Shown here piece by piece: positions 32,506-41,794 of a DNA stretch of 48,189 bases. This DNA comes from Acidimicrobiales bacterium. GTDB taxonomy: Bacteria; Actinomycetota; Acidimicrobiia; Acidimicrobiales; CADCSY01. Both the position numbers and the translations under genes were made by a program. The notes beneath the pieces were generated by a model, which ran no database searches, had not been told where the DNA came from, and was given only the letters and a program-made list of their open reading frames with translations. Position 1 is the stretch's first letter; each line of letters begins with the position of its first letter. The stretch spans positions 1 through 48,189 of the forward strand of contig JBBSLT010000002.1 in the NCBI GenBank assembly GCA_038233555.1, read 5' to 3'.

Positions 32506-33966
32506 GTGACCGTCTACTTGGTGGGGGCCGGGCCCGGCGACCCGGGGCTTCTCACCGTACGGGCGGCCGAGGTGCTGGCCCGGGCCGACGTGGTGATCCA
32601 CGACCGTTTGTCGGTCGCCACCCTGTTGGACCTGGCGCCGGCCGAAGCCGAGCGGATCAGCGTGGGCAAGACCCCCCGGGGGCCCAGCACGCCCCAAGAC
32701 GAGATCAACGCCCTGTTGGTAGAGCGGGGCCGGGCTGGCCAGGAGGTGGTGCGCCTGAAGGGCGGCGATCCCTTCGTCTTCGCCCGGGGGGCCGAGGAGG
32801 CCGCTGCTCTGGCTGGCGCCGGGGTGACCTTCGAGGTGGTACCCGGGATCACGTCGGCGGCGGCGGTGCCCGCCTACGCCGGCGTTCCCCTCACCGCCCG
32901 GGGGTTGACCACGACCTTCACCGTCGTGACCGGCCACGAGGACATCCAGGGCGCCGGGAGCACCGACTGGGAGGCGGTGGCCCGGCTGGGGGGCACCATC
33001 GTGGTCCTCATGGGAGTGGCCCACCGGGGCGACATCGCCGATCGGCTGCTGGCCGGCGGCCTGGCGGGCGATACCCCGGTGGCCGCCGTGCAATGGGGCA
33101 CCCGGCCCGAGCAGCGCAGCGTGCGCACCACCCTGGCCCAACTCGGCCGGGTCGAGATCGCCTCGCCGGCGGTCATCGTCATTGGGGCGACGGCTGGGCT
33201 CGACTTGGCCTGGTACGAGCGACTTCCGCTGTTCGGCCGGTCGGTGGTGGTGACCCGGCCGGCGACCAGGGCATCTGAGCTCAGCCGGCACCTGGTCCGC
33301 CTGGGCGCGCGTGCCATCGAGGTGCCCTGCATCCGCATCGAGGAGGCGGCCGACGGTGGTGCCGCCCTGCGATCAGCGGCGGCCCGGGTGGCTGAAGCCG
33401 ACTGGGTGATCTTCACCTCGCCTGAGTCGGTCGGGCGTTTCCTTCCCTTGCTACGAGACCCACGAGCCCTTGGTGGCGCCCGGGTGGCGGCCATCGGCCC
33501 TGGCACCGCTGACGCCTTGGCGGCTAGGGCGGTGGTGGCCGACCTGTTGCCGGATCGCTCAGTCGCTGAGTCGCTGCTGGCCGTCTTCCCGCCGGCGCCG
33601 ACCGACCGCCGGGGCCGGGTGTTGCTGCCTCGGGCCGCGGTCGCCCGCGAGGTGGTGCCCGACGGGCTGCGGGCGGCGGGTTGGGAGGTTGAGGTGGTTG
33701 AGGCCTACCGCACCGAGTTGGCACCCCCCTCGACGCCGGCAGTGCTGGCCGAGGCGGCATCGGCCGATGCGATCGCCTTCACCTCGTCGTCGGCTGTCAC
33801 CGCCTTCCTGGAGGTGGCCGGTCCCGACGTCCTGGCGCCAATCGTCGTCTGCATCGGCCCCGTCACCGCCGCCACCGCCCGCCGCCTCGGCATCACCGTG
33901 GCCGCCGAGGCCGACGTCCACACCCTCGACGGCCTGCTCGACGCCCTGGTGGCAACGCTGCGATAG
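32506..33966 (+). CDS. cobA/hemD: bifunctional uroporphyrinogen-III C-methyltransferase / uroporphyrinogen-III synthase
   Basis: N-terminal SUMT motifs VYLVGAGPGDPGLLT, VVRLKGGDPFVF and VPGITSA. C-terminal half is HemD-like (VVVTRP..., IAFTSSSAV). GTG 32506 follows GGAAGGAA. Confidence 0.85.
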   Translation: MTVYLVGAGPGDPGLLTVRAAEVLARADVVIHDRLSVATLLDLAPAEAERISVGKTPRGPSTPQDEINALLVERGRAGQEVVRLKGGDPFVFARGAEEAAALAGAGVTFEVVPGITSAAAVPAYAGVPLTARGLTTTFTVVTGHEDIQGAGSTDWEAVARLGGTIVVLMGVAHRGDIADRLLAGGLAGDTPVAAVQWGTRPEQRSVRTTLAQLGRVEIASPAVIVIGATAGLDLAWYERLPLFGRSVVVTRPATRASELSRHLVRLGARAIEVPCIRIEEAADGGAALRSAAARVAEADWVIFTSPESVGRFLPLLRDPRALGGARVAAIGPGTADALAARAVVADLLPDRSVAESLLAVFPPAPTDRRGRVLLPRAAVAREVVPDGLRAAGWEVEVVEAYRTELAPPSTPAVLAEAASADAIAFTSSSAVTAFLEVAGPDVLAPIVVCIGPVTAATARRLGITVAAEADVHTLDGLLDALVATLR

Positions 33967-34098
33967 CGCGATCTCGCTCTTGGGGAACAACATGTTTCCC
34001 AGGTGGTCGATGCCTCGCCGTCCCACGGGGAGGTTGGCTCGCCGCCGGGTGGGGGTAGCCCGTGAGGGAGCAACGATCTCTCACACAGGAGGCGCGTC

Positions 34099-34665
34099 AT
34101 GGCCCAGGAGCTGAACGGCAGGAAGGTGGCCTTCTTGGTCGCAAACGTTGGCGTGGAGCAGGTGGAGCTGACCCGGCCGTGGCAGGCGGTCGAGGAGGCC
34201 GGAGGAACGCCGGAGCTGCTCGCCCCCGACGCGGGCGAGGTGCAGGCGTTCAACCACCTCGACAAGGCCGACGTCTTCCCGGTCGACCACCCGGTCGGCC
34301 AGGCCCAGGTCGACGACTACGACGCCCTGGTGCTGCCGGGTGGGGTGGCCAATCCCGACCGCCTGCGCACCGATCCGTCAGCAGTGTCCTTCATCCGAGG
34401 CTTCTTCGAAGCGACCAAGGTGGTAGCGGTGATCTGTCACGGACCGTGGACCCTGATCGAGGCCGACGTGGTGCGGGGTCGCACGCTCACGTCGTGGCCC
34501 AGCCTCCAGACCGACCTGCGCAACGCCGGGGCCACCTGGGTCGACCAGGAGGTCTGCGTCGACGGGGCACTGGTAAGCAGCCGCAAGCCCGATGACCTCG
34601 ATGCCTTCTGCTCGACGCTGGTGCAGCGCATGGCCAAGGCCAGTCCCGCCCCGTCGACGGTCTGA
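34099..34665 (+). CDS. DJ-1/PfpI family protein (type 1 glutamine amidotransferase-like)
   Basis: Nucleophile elbow VAVICHGPW, YDALVLPGG. Confidence 0.85.
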   Translation: MAQELNGRKVAFLVANVGVEQVELTRPWQAVEEAGGTPELLAPDAGEVQAFNHLDKADVFPVDHPVGQAQVDDYDALVLPGGVANPDRLRTDPSAVSFIRGFFEATKVVAVICHGPWTLIEADVVRGRTLTSWPSLQTDLRNAGATWVDQEVCVDGALVSSRKPDDLDAFCSTLVQRMAKASPAPSTV

Positions 34666-34677
34666 GGAGGGCCGCCG

Positions 34678-35067
34678 ATGGAGTTCGACCACATCGACGA
34701 CGCAGTCGGGGAGGTGCCCGACGAGCACCCCGGGCACTTCCAAGGCGATGCCCGGATCCAGCGTTTGCCCGATCCCTTTCCTGACGGGCCGGGCGTCTTC
34801 GCCGTCCACTTCGCCGCCGGCGGGCGCTCCAAGCCCCACGTCCACGCCGACGGCCAGCTGCTGGTGGTGACCGCCGGGCGGGGGCTGGTGGGAGACGAGC
34901 AGGGCCGGCGGGAGGTAAGGCCGGGCGACGTCATCGCCGCCCGGCCCGGGGAGTGGCACTGGCACGGCGCCACCCCGGACTCGTCTATGACCCATGTGAC
35001 GGTCCAGCCCGGGGGCACCATCGACTGGGACGTCGACGAGGGGGACTGGGCCGAGGGCTACGGGTAG
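34678..35067 (+). CDS. cupin domain-containing protein
   Basis: Cupin motifs GGRSKPHVHADGQ and GEWHWHGA. Confidence 0.75.
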   Translation: MEFDHIDDAVGEVPDEHPGHFQGDARIQRLPDPFPDGPGVFAVHFAAGGRSKPHVHADGQLLVVTAGRGLVGDEQGRREVRPGDVIAARPGEWHWHGATPDSSMTHVTVQPGGTIDWDVDEGDWAEGYG

Positions 35068-35663
35068 CGGTCGATCACCTCGACGTCGATGGGCCCGAGG
35101 GTGCCGTCGTTGGTGAGCTCCGCCGAGCAGGCGGTGACGCCGACGATCACGTCCATCTCGGCCCGCAGGTCGACATGGTCGCCTGGTGCCGAACTCGGAG
35201 GCGAGATGGTGATCCGGCCCGACGTCGGGTCGGCGGTGACCACCATGAACAGATTGAGCGTGGTTGGGATCTGGTCGGGCTCGATACCGAAGGGCGCCAG
35301 GTGCCTGGCCAGGTTCTCGAAGCAGCTCGGGTGGCCGACGGCGCCGTAGAGGCGCTGGAACATCTCTGACGAGCAGGGAGTGATCAGGAAGTCGTGGCGG
35401 CCGGCGGTGTCGGCGGTGATGGTCAGCAGCGGTGTGCTGCGGTTGGAGTACAACACGCTGCCGGTGCTGACGTAGATCGTGCCGCCGTAGTCGATGGTCC
35501 GACCCGAGGAGAGCCACTCGGAGGGGTCGGCGGCGACGAAAGCGGCGAGATCGGCCACCTGGCCGCCGGTGGGCGACGACACCCGCAGGGTCTGGCCGGC
35601 GGGGACGGACAGAGCGCAGCCAGTCTGGGCCTCAAGGTGGATGCTTCGCCCAGAGGTGGTCAT
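35058..35663 (-). CDS. DUF1989 domain protein (urea carboxylase-associated family)
   Basis: Pattern GQTLRVSSPTGGQVADL...SSGRTIDY...HDFLITPCS...HPSCFENL... typical of DUF1989. Start set at ATG 35663. Confidence 0.7.
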   Translation of the reverse strand: MTTSGRSIHLEAQTGCALSVPAGQTLRVSSPTGGQVADLAAFVAADPSEWLSSGRTIDYGGTIYVSTGSVLYSNRSTPLLTITADTAGRHDFLITPCSSEMFQRLYGAVGHPSCFENLARHLAPFGIEPDQIPTTLNLFMVVTADPTSGRITISPPSSAPGDHVDLRAEMDVIVGVTACSAELTNDGTLGPIDVEVIDRYP

Positions 35664-35718
35664 GTTGTCGCCGCCATCGGTGAATGGTCTACTACCAGAT
35701 GTGGCGGGGTCGTCTGCG

Positions 35719-36681
35719 ATGCCGACAGCCACGCCTGGTCGCCGGCGTGGTCTGCGCTTGTCCGAGTTGTTGACCTTGTCGGACCAGACCGACGAGGACG
35801 GCCGGCTGCTGTTGGAGGATTCCGCTCCCCGCCAGGCCCAGAAGCGACTCCGGCGTTCCGGGATCGCCATGACCGAGGCCTGTTGCGATTACGCCGACTC
35901 GCCGTCACGCCTTGGCGGGCGCATGAACGTGGCCGCCTACGAGGCCCTGCGTCACGACGTGGCCGAGGTGCTCGACGGCTTCGCCTGGTTGGCCGAGCTG
36001 CGAGCCGGCGGAGCGCCGGGCGTCGGTCGGGCCAGCCTCCAGGCCCTGATCGACGTGGCCAACCTCGGCAGCACCTTGCCCCTGGTGGCCTTCCACCGTA
36101 CGCAGCGCCAGGTGCCGGCGCAGGGCGCCCTGCCCGCATTCGTCGCCTCGATCTTCAAGGCCAGCCGGGGGCTGTTCTCGGGTGCGGTGGCCATGCTCAA
36201 CGACGGCTACGAACCGGAGGCGAACCTGACCAGCGAGGAGGTCCTGACCTTCGTCGAGGCCCAGGGCCACTTTCGTCGGACCGAGACGGAGCGGGTGTGC
36301 GCCGCCCCCACCCGTCTGATCGCCCGCACCATCGAGGCCGTCCTCACCGGTCGGGGGGCTGAATCCGCCCGCAGCGCCCTGGGCGACCACTTGGATGCCG
36401 ACGACCTGTGGCTCTACTTCAGCCTGCATGACAGCTTCGGCCAGGCGTTGAGCACCTACCGCTTCGTGCTGGCCAACCTCAGCGAGGACCACCCCGGCGC
36501 CGGCGTGGAGGAACTTCTCGGGGCGCCGGTCGAGGTGGGAGGGCGAAAAGGGACCTTCGGCGACTTCACCGACGCCGTGATCCATACCGCCACCGTCACC
36601 CAGAACCGCATGAACGAGGTGCTGGGCCGGGCCGGCGACGCCCCGCCCCTTACCCTCCCCGGTCTGCTGCAGATCCTGTAG
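35719..36681 (+). CDS. hypothetical protein (helical, no recognised family)
   Basis: Coding-like GC3 from about 35740 onward. Start uncertain (in-frame ATGs at 35662, 35719, 35869). Divergent to DUF1989. Confidence 0.5.
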   Translation: MPTATPGRRRGLRLSELLTLSDQTDEDGRLLLEDSAPRQAQKRLRRSGIAMTEACCDYADSPSRLGGRMNVAAYEALRHDVAEVLDGFAWLAELRAGGAPGVGRASLQALIDVANLGSTLPLVAFHRTQRQVPAQGALPAFVASIFKASRGLFSGAVAMLNDGYEPEANLTSEEVLTFVEAQGHFRRTETERVCAAPTRLIARTIEAVLTGRGAESARSALGDHLDADDLWLYFSLHDSFGQALSTYRFVLANLSEDHPGAGVEELLGAPVEVGGRKGTFGDFTDAVIHTATVTQNRMNEVLGRAGDAPPLTLPGLLQIL

Positions 36682-36694
36682 GGCAAACCCTCCT

Positions 36695-36747
36695 CCGTTC
36701 TTTGTCGCGTTACGCACACCCTGGGTAGCTCGCGCGACAAAGAACGG
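36695..36747. repeat. palindromic hairpin repeat CCGTTCTTTGTCGCG-N23-CGCGACAAAGAACGG, copy 2
   Basis: 15-bp perfect arms with a 23-nt spacer. Flanked by CCCTCCTCC on the left and GGGGCGGGGGGTGGG on the right. Lies between convergent genes. Confidence 0.75.
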
Positions 36748-36768
36748 GGCGGGGGGTGGGATCCCGGG

Positions 36769-38502
36769 TCAAGAGACCGGGGCCGTCTCCTTCAGGTCGG
36801 TCTTGGCCGCGGCGCTCGACCCGTTGCCCGCCATCGGTGCACCCATGCCGCCGGCGGCACCGGGAGCCTCGGCCAGACGCATGACGTGGACCGACCCGGT
36901 GATCTTCTCGCCGCTGGGCTTGCGGGGGGTGTTGTTCCCGAGGTTGGCGAGACGTCGCTCGTCCTCCTCGGTGAGCTGCTGCTTGGGCAGCGGGGCCAGG
37001 TGGGCCACGTCGGCGGCCTTGATCCCGATGCCCTCACCGACGCGATTCCCATAGTCGTCGTCGATCAGGTAGAGGTGCCAGATCATGCGCTCCTGGACCA
37101 CCCGCTCGCATTTGCCGAACAGGTCGATGAAGTTGGCGACCAGGTCGTCGCGCTCCCAGTCCATCATGGTGCGGTAGCGGTCGGCGGCCTGTTGGTAGTC
37201 GTTGGTGCGGGGCAGGCGGGCCCGGGTGAGCTGGCCCTCGATCATCGGTCCCTGGCGGTCGTGGGTTGGGAACTCGCCCTCCTGCAGGCCACCGAGGGCG
37301 CTCGGCTCGTAGTTGACATGGGGGTTCTCACCGGCCCCGTCGACGAAGTACGTCATCTGCCCGTCCCGCTGGTTGGTGCGGACCTTGGCCGCCTTGGCCT
37401 GGTTCACGGGTAGCTGGAGGTAGTTGGGCCCGACCCGGTAGCGCTGGGTGTCGGAGTAGGAGAAGGTGCGTCCCACCAGCATCTTGTCGTCGGAGAAGTC
37501 GAGGCCGTCGACGATGACCCCGGTGCCCATGGCGATCTGCTCGTTCTCGGCGAACATGTTCTCCGGGGCCCGGTTGAGTACCATCTTGCCCACCGACCGC
37601 AGCGGGAAGGCGTCCTCGGGCCAGGTCTTGGTGTCGTCGAGGGGGTCGAAGTCGAGCTCGGGGTGTTCGTCGTCGCTCATGATCTGCACCAAAAGCTCCC
37701 ACTCGGGATAGTCCCGCCGGGCGATGGCGTCGAGCAGGTCCTTGGTGGCGTGGCCGAGGTCCTGGCCCTGGATCTCGTCGGCCTCGGCCTGGGTCAGACA
37801 GGCCACGCCCGCCTTGGGGTGCCAGTGGAACTTGACCAGCACCGTGTCGCCGTCGGCGTTGACCATCTTGTAGGTGTTGACGCTCGAACCCTCCATGTGG
37901 CGGTAGTCGGTGGGGATGCCCCGGGGGCTGAAGAGATGCGTCAGCAGGTGCATCGACTCGGGCGTGTTGGACATGAAGTCGAAGATCCGGTTGGGCTCTT
38001 GGCGGAAGGTCACCGGGTCGGGCTTGAGGGAGTGGATGACGTCGGGGAACTTGATGGCGTCGCGGATGAAGAACACGGCGAGGTCGTTGCCCACCATGTC
38101 CCAGTTGCCGTCCTCGGTATAGAACTTGACGGCGAAGCCGCGCGGGTCTCGCGCCGTCTCCGAGGAGTCACGCCCGCCGATCACGGTGGAGAAGCGCACG
38201 GCCACGTCGCAACGCTTGCCCTTCTCGGCGAAGAGCTTGGCCCGGGTGTAGGTGGCGGCGGGTTCGTCGCCCACCATGCCGCTCGCCTCGAAGTAGCCGA
38301 AGGTGGTGATGCCCCGGGCGTGGACCACCCGCTCGGGGATGCGCTCACGGTCGAAGTGGCTGATCTTCTCCAGGAACTGGTAGTTCTCCAGCGTGGCCGG
38401 GCCGCGAGGCCCGACCGTGCGCTGGTTCTGGTTGTCGTAGACGGTGTGGCCCTGGCGGTTGGTGAGGAGCTTGGCGCTGTTGTCCTCGGTGGGGTCAGTC
38501 AT
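36769..38502 (-). CDS. katA: monofunctional heme catalase with C-terminal extension
   Basis: [15 protein letters not shown] (distal His), RFSTV, and a proximal Tyr region ([14 protein letters not shown]). About 70 extra low-complexity residues at the C-terminus. Confidence 0.9.
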   Translation of the reverse strand: MTDPTEDNSAKLLTNRQGHTVYDNQNQRTVGPRGPATLENYQFLEKISHFDRERIPERVVHARGITTFGYFEASGMVGDEPAATYTRAKLFAEKGKRCDVAVRFSTVIGGRDSSETARDPRGFAVKFYTEDGNWDMVGNDLAVFFIRDAIKFPDVIHSLKPDPVTFRQEPNRIFDFMSNTPESMHLLTHLFSPRGIPTDYRHMEGSSVNTYKMVNADGDTVLVKFHWHPKAGVACLTQAEADEIQGQDLGHATKDLLDAIARRDYPEWELLVQIMSDDEHPELDFDPLDDTKTWPEDAFPLRSVGKMVLNRAPENMFAENEQIAMGTGVIVDGLDFSDDKMLVGRTFSYSDTQRYRVGPNYLQLPVNQAKAAKVRTNQRDGQMTYFVDGAGENPHVNYEPSALGGLQEGEFPTHDRQGPMIEGQLTRARLPRTNDYQQAADRYRTMMDWERDDLVANFIDLFGKCERVVQERMIWHLYLIDDDYGNRVGEGIGIKAADVAHLAPLPKQQLTEEDERRLANLGNNTPRKPSGEKITGSVHVMRLAEAPGAAGGMGAPMAGNGSSAAAKTDLKETAPVS

Positions 38503-38548
38503 GAATTCGTCCTCTCGCGTTTTCGTTCGGATGGCAAAGGCAAGCAGT

Positions 38549-38989
38549 TCAGTGCTGGCAGGCCGGGCAGGTTCCCCAAAAGGTCACCTCGGCCTCGTCG
38601 ATGGAGTAGCCAGAGGCATCGGACGCCTCCAGGCAGGGGGTGTAGCCCACGGCACAGTCGACGTCGGAGGTGGCGGCGCAAACGCGGCACACCACGTGGT
38701 GATGGTTGTCGCCCATCCGTGCCTCGTAGCGGGCTGGTCCGCCGGCGGGCTCGATGCGGCGCAACAACCCGGCCCGGACCAGCGCGTGAAGGTTGTTGTA
38801 CACGGCCTGGGTGGACAAGCTGCCGAGGCGGCGGCGGGCGGAGGCGGCGATGTGGTCGGCGTCACTGTGGGGATGGTGGGACACGGCCTCGAGCACGGCC
38901 ATACGCGAAGCCGTTACCCGCAAACCCGACGCTCGCAATCGTTGGATCCACTCCTCGTCGAGGTGCTCGGAGGCGGGAGCGTCGGGCAC
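38549..38989 (-). CDS. furA: Fur family peroxide-responsive regulator (FurA/PerR/CatR-like)
   Basis: Fur fold with [10 protein letters not shown] and CPAC motifs. Immediately upstream of the catalase gene on the same strand. Confidence 0.8.
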   Translation of the reverse strand: MPDAPASEHLDEEWIQRLRASGLRVTASRMAVLEAVSHHPHSDADHIAASARRRLGSLSTQAVYNNLHALVRAGLLRRIEPAGGPARYEARMGDNHHHVVCRVCAATSDVDCAVGYTPCLEASDASGYSIDEAEVTFWGTCPACQH

Positions 38990-39107
38990 ACATCGACCTT
39001 ACCCCAACCTGGACTGGTTCAAGGATAGAAGTTCGCCCGAGGAGCGCTTCGAGCACGGTCCCATCTCCTCGGCAGTTCTTGTCCCACCCCGTCGTCATGC
39101 TGTCGGT

Positions 39108-40229
39108 ATGAATCTCGTCGTGGTGATCCTGGTGGCGTTGCTCGCCCTGGTGGTGGGAGCGGTCGCCGGCCGCCTGGTGGCCGGGTGGTCGTCCGGCCGG
39201 TCTTCCGGGGCCGGGCTGGTCGACACGGTCGTGGCCGTGGCCGACGAACGGCTGGGAGCGACCAGGGAGGTGATCGACGTCCAGCTCCAAAGCCTTTCCG
39301 GTGAGTTGCGGCGGATGAGCGACACCGTCACCCGCCTGGAGGCTGAGCGAGGTCGCCAGCACGGCGAGCTGGCGGCCCAACTGCGGGCCACGGTCGACCA
39401 GACCGCCAGCCTGACCAGCACCGCCGGGGCGCTGCGCGATGTCCTGGCCAGCCCCAAGGCCCGCGGTCAGTGGGGTGAGCGGATGGCCGACGACGTGCTG
39501 CGGGTCGCCGGTTTGGTCGAGGGCGTGAACTACGTCAAGCAAAGGCGCCTGTCGGGTGGGACGGTCCCTGACTTCACCTTCCTCTTGCCCAACGAGCTGC
39601 GCCTGCACATGGACGCCAAATTCCCTGTCTCCAACTACTCCCGCTGCCTCGAAGCTCGGGGCGACCACGAGCGGGCCGGTTTCGCCGGGGCGTTCCTTCG
39701 TGACGTTCGAGCCCGGGTCAGGGAGCTGAGTGGGCGCGACTACGTCGATCCCGCCAACGGCACCCTCGAGTACGTGCTGGCCTTCATCCCCAACGAGAGC
39801 ATCTACGCCTTCATCCACGAGCACGACCCCGAGCTGCTCGACATCGCGCTTCGTCAGCATGTGGTGCTCTGCTCCCCGCTGAGCCTCTTTGCCGTTCTGG
39901 CCGTGGTGCGCCAGGCCGTCGACGCCGCCGCCGTGGGCCGCACCTCGGGAGAGATTCTTTCGCTGCTCGGCACCTTCTCCGGGCAGTGGGAGAAGTTCTG
40001 CGTGTCGCTCGAAAAGGTGGACCGGGCCCTCGACGGCCTCGACCGGGCCTTCCGTGACCTGGCCGGGACGAGGCGACGGGCGCTGGAGCGTCCACTCCTG
40101 CGGGTCGAGGAACTTCGCCGCCAGCGAGGGCTTCCCGTCGCCGACCTCCCCGACGACGACGCCCTCGACGACCCCGACGGCCTGCGTCTGGTGGAGGCGA
40201 GGGTGCCAACCCGGACAGCGCGCGGGTAG
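39108..40229 (+). CDS. rmuC: DNA recombination protein RmuC
   Basis: N-terminal TM, coiled-coil region, and the RmuC core (PDFTFLLPN..., AFIPNESIYAFI, VVLCSPLSLFAVL). Start ATG 39108. Confidence 0.85.
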   Translation: MNLVVVILVALLALVVGAVAGRLVAGWSSGRSSGAGLVDTVVAVADERLGATREVIDVQLQSLSGELRRMSDTVTRLEAERGRQHGELAAQLRATVDQTASLTSTAGALRDVLASPKARGQWGERMADDVLRVAGLVEGVNYVKQRRLSGGTVPDFTFLLPNELRLHMDAKFPVSNYSRCLEARGDHERAGFAGAFLRDVRARVRELSGRDYVDPANGTLEYVLAFIPNESIYAFIHEHDPELLDIALRQHVVLCSPLSLFAVLAVVRQAVDAAAVGRTSGEILSLLGTFSGQWEKFCVSLEKVDRALDGLDRAFRDLAGTRRRALERPLLRVEELRRQRGLPVADLPDDDALDDPDGLRLVEARVPTRTARG

Positions 40230-40275
40230 CACATACTCCTGCGGCCAGCTCCGAGGCCAGCGCTACCCTGGCGCC

Positions 40276-41781
40276 GTGGGCCGCCCCTTCTATCTGACCA
40301 CGCCGATCTACTACGTCAACGATGCCCCCCACATCGGCCACGCCTACACCACGGTGGTGGGCGATGCCATCTGCCGCTGGCATCGCCTGCTGGGTGACGA
40401 CGTGACCTTCCTCACCGGCACCGACGAGCACGGCCTGAAGATCGTGCGAGCGGCCGAGGCCAACGGGGTGAGCCCCCTCGAGCAGGCCGACCGCACCAGC
40501 GAGCGGTTCCGCCAGGCCTGGGCCCAGCTCGACATCAGTCACGACGACTTCATCCGCACCACCGAACCCCGCCACGCCCGCACCGTCCAGGCCTTCCTGC
40601 AGGCCATCTACGACAACGGCCACATCGAGCTCGACAGCTACGAGGGCCCCTACTGCGTGGCCTGCGAGGCCTACTACGCCGAGTCCGACCTCGTCGACGG
40701 CAACTGCCCCATCCATCATCGCCCGGTGGAGGTGTTCAAGGAGGAGAACTATTTCTTCCGCCTGAGCCGCTTCCAACAGCCTCTGCTCGACTGGCTGGAG
40801 GCCAACCCCGAGGCCATCCAATCCGAGGCCAAGCGCAACGAGGCGCTGGGGGCCATCCGAGCGGGGCTGGACGACATCTCCATCAGCCGGACGTCGATCT
40901 CCTGGGGCGTTCCCGTGCCGTGGGACCCGGCCCATGTCTTCTACGTGTGGTACGACGCCTTGGTCAACTACGTCACGGCCATCGGCTACGGCGAGGACGG
41001 CGAGCGCTTCGAGCGATGGTGGCCCGCCGTCCACCACGTCATCGGCAAGGACATCCTGCGCTTCCACTGCGTGTACTGGCCGGCCATGCTGTTGGCGGCC
41101 GGGTTGGCCCCGCCCCGTCGCATCCAGGTGCATGGCTACCTGCTGGTCAGCGGGGAGAAGATGAGCAAGACCGCGTTCAACCACATCGCCCCCTCCGACC
41201 TCATCGCCGATTTCGGCGTCGACGGCTACCGCTACCACTTCTTGCGCGACATTCCCCTCGGCTCCGACGGTGACTTCTCCTACGAGGGCATGGTCGCCCG
41301 CTACAACGCCGACCTGGCCAACAACCTGGGCAACCTCATGAGCCGGGTGGCCACCCTGGTGGCCAAGAAGTGCGACGGGATCGGCCCCGCCCCGACGCCC
41401 GACAGCCCGCTGGCGGCCTCGGTGGCCGATGCCTACGCGGTCACGGCACGAGCCTGGGAGAGCTTCGCCCCCCACGAGGCGCTCGAAGCCACCTGGCGTC
41501 TCGTGCGCGAGGCCAACGCCCATCTCGAGGACAACGAGCCGTGGAAGGCCGCACCCGGTCCGGCCGTCGACGCCGTGCTGGGCGCCGCCTTGGAGGTGCT
41601 GCGGATCCTGGCCGTTCTAGCCAGCCCAGCCATGCCCGCCTCCTGCGCCGAGCTGTGGCGCCGCCTCGGGCTCCCCGGTCGTCCCGACGAGCAGCGCCTG
41701 CCCGAGGTGGCGGCCTGGGGCGGCTACCCCGGTGGCCTGGTGGTGGAGAGCGCCGCCCCCCTCTTCCCCCGCATCTCCTAG
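40276..41781 (+). CDS. metG: methionine--tRNA ligase
   Basis: HIGH motif (APHIGHAYT), KMSKT motif (GEKMSKTAFN). Start GTG 40276. Confidence 0.9.
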   Translation: MGRPFYLTTPIYYVNDAPHIGHAYTTVVGDAICRWHRLLGDDVTFLTGTDEHGLKIVRAAEANGVSPLEQADRTSERFRQAWAQLDISHDDFIRTTEPRHARTVQAFLQAIYDNGHIELDSYEGPYCVACEAYYAESDLVDGNCPIHHRPVEVFKEENYFFRLSRFQQPLLDWLEANPEAIQSEAKRNEALGAIRAGLDDISISRTSISWGVPVPWDPAHVFYVWYDALVNYVTAIGYGEDGERFERWWPAVHHVIGKDILRFHCVYWPAMLLAAGLAPPRRIQVHGYLLVSGEKMSKTAFNHIAPSDLIADFGVDGYRYHFLRDIPLGSDGDFSYEGMVARYNADLANNLGNLMSRVATLVAKKCDGIGPAPTPDSPLAASVADAYAVTARAWESFAPHEALEATWRLVREANAHLEDNEPWKAAPGPAVDAVLGAALEVLRILAVLASPAMPASCAELWRRLGLPGRPDEQRLPEVAAWGGYPGGLVVESAAPLFPRIS

Positions 41782-41794
41782 GAGTTCCGTCGCC

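Noticed and set aside
33967-34098. Palindrome AACATGTT in the cobA/hemD to pfpI spacer as an operator
   Set aside because: Only 8 bp are symmetric and the flanks do not extend the symmetry. This is expected by chance.
38990-39107. Fur/PerR box in the furA-rmuC divergent spacer
   Set aside because: Only a weak partial palindrome (AACCTGGACTGGTT, 5 of 7 pairs) was found. There is no AT-rich Fur-box-like 19-mer, so this is insufficient to call.
39811-41523. 570-aa minus-strand ORF (with similar ORFs at 38862-40232 and 41441-42916)
   Set aside because: Antisense to rmuC, metG and tatD, which carry HIGH/KMSKT and other diagnostic motifs. Low-complexity Arg/Gly-rich translation.
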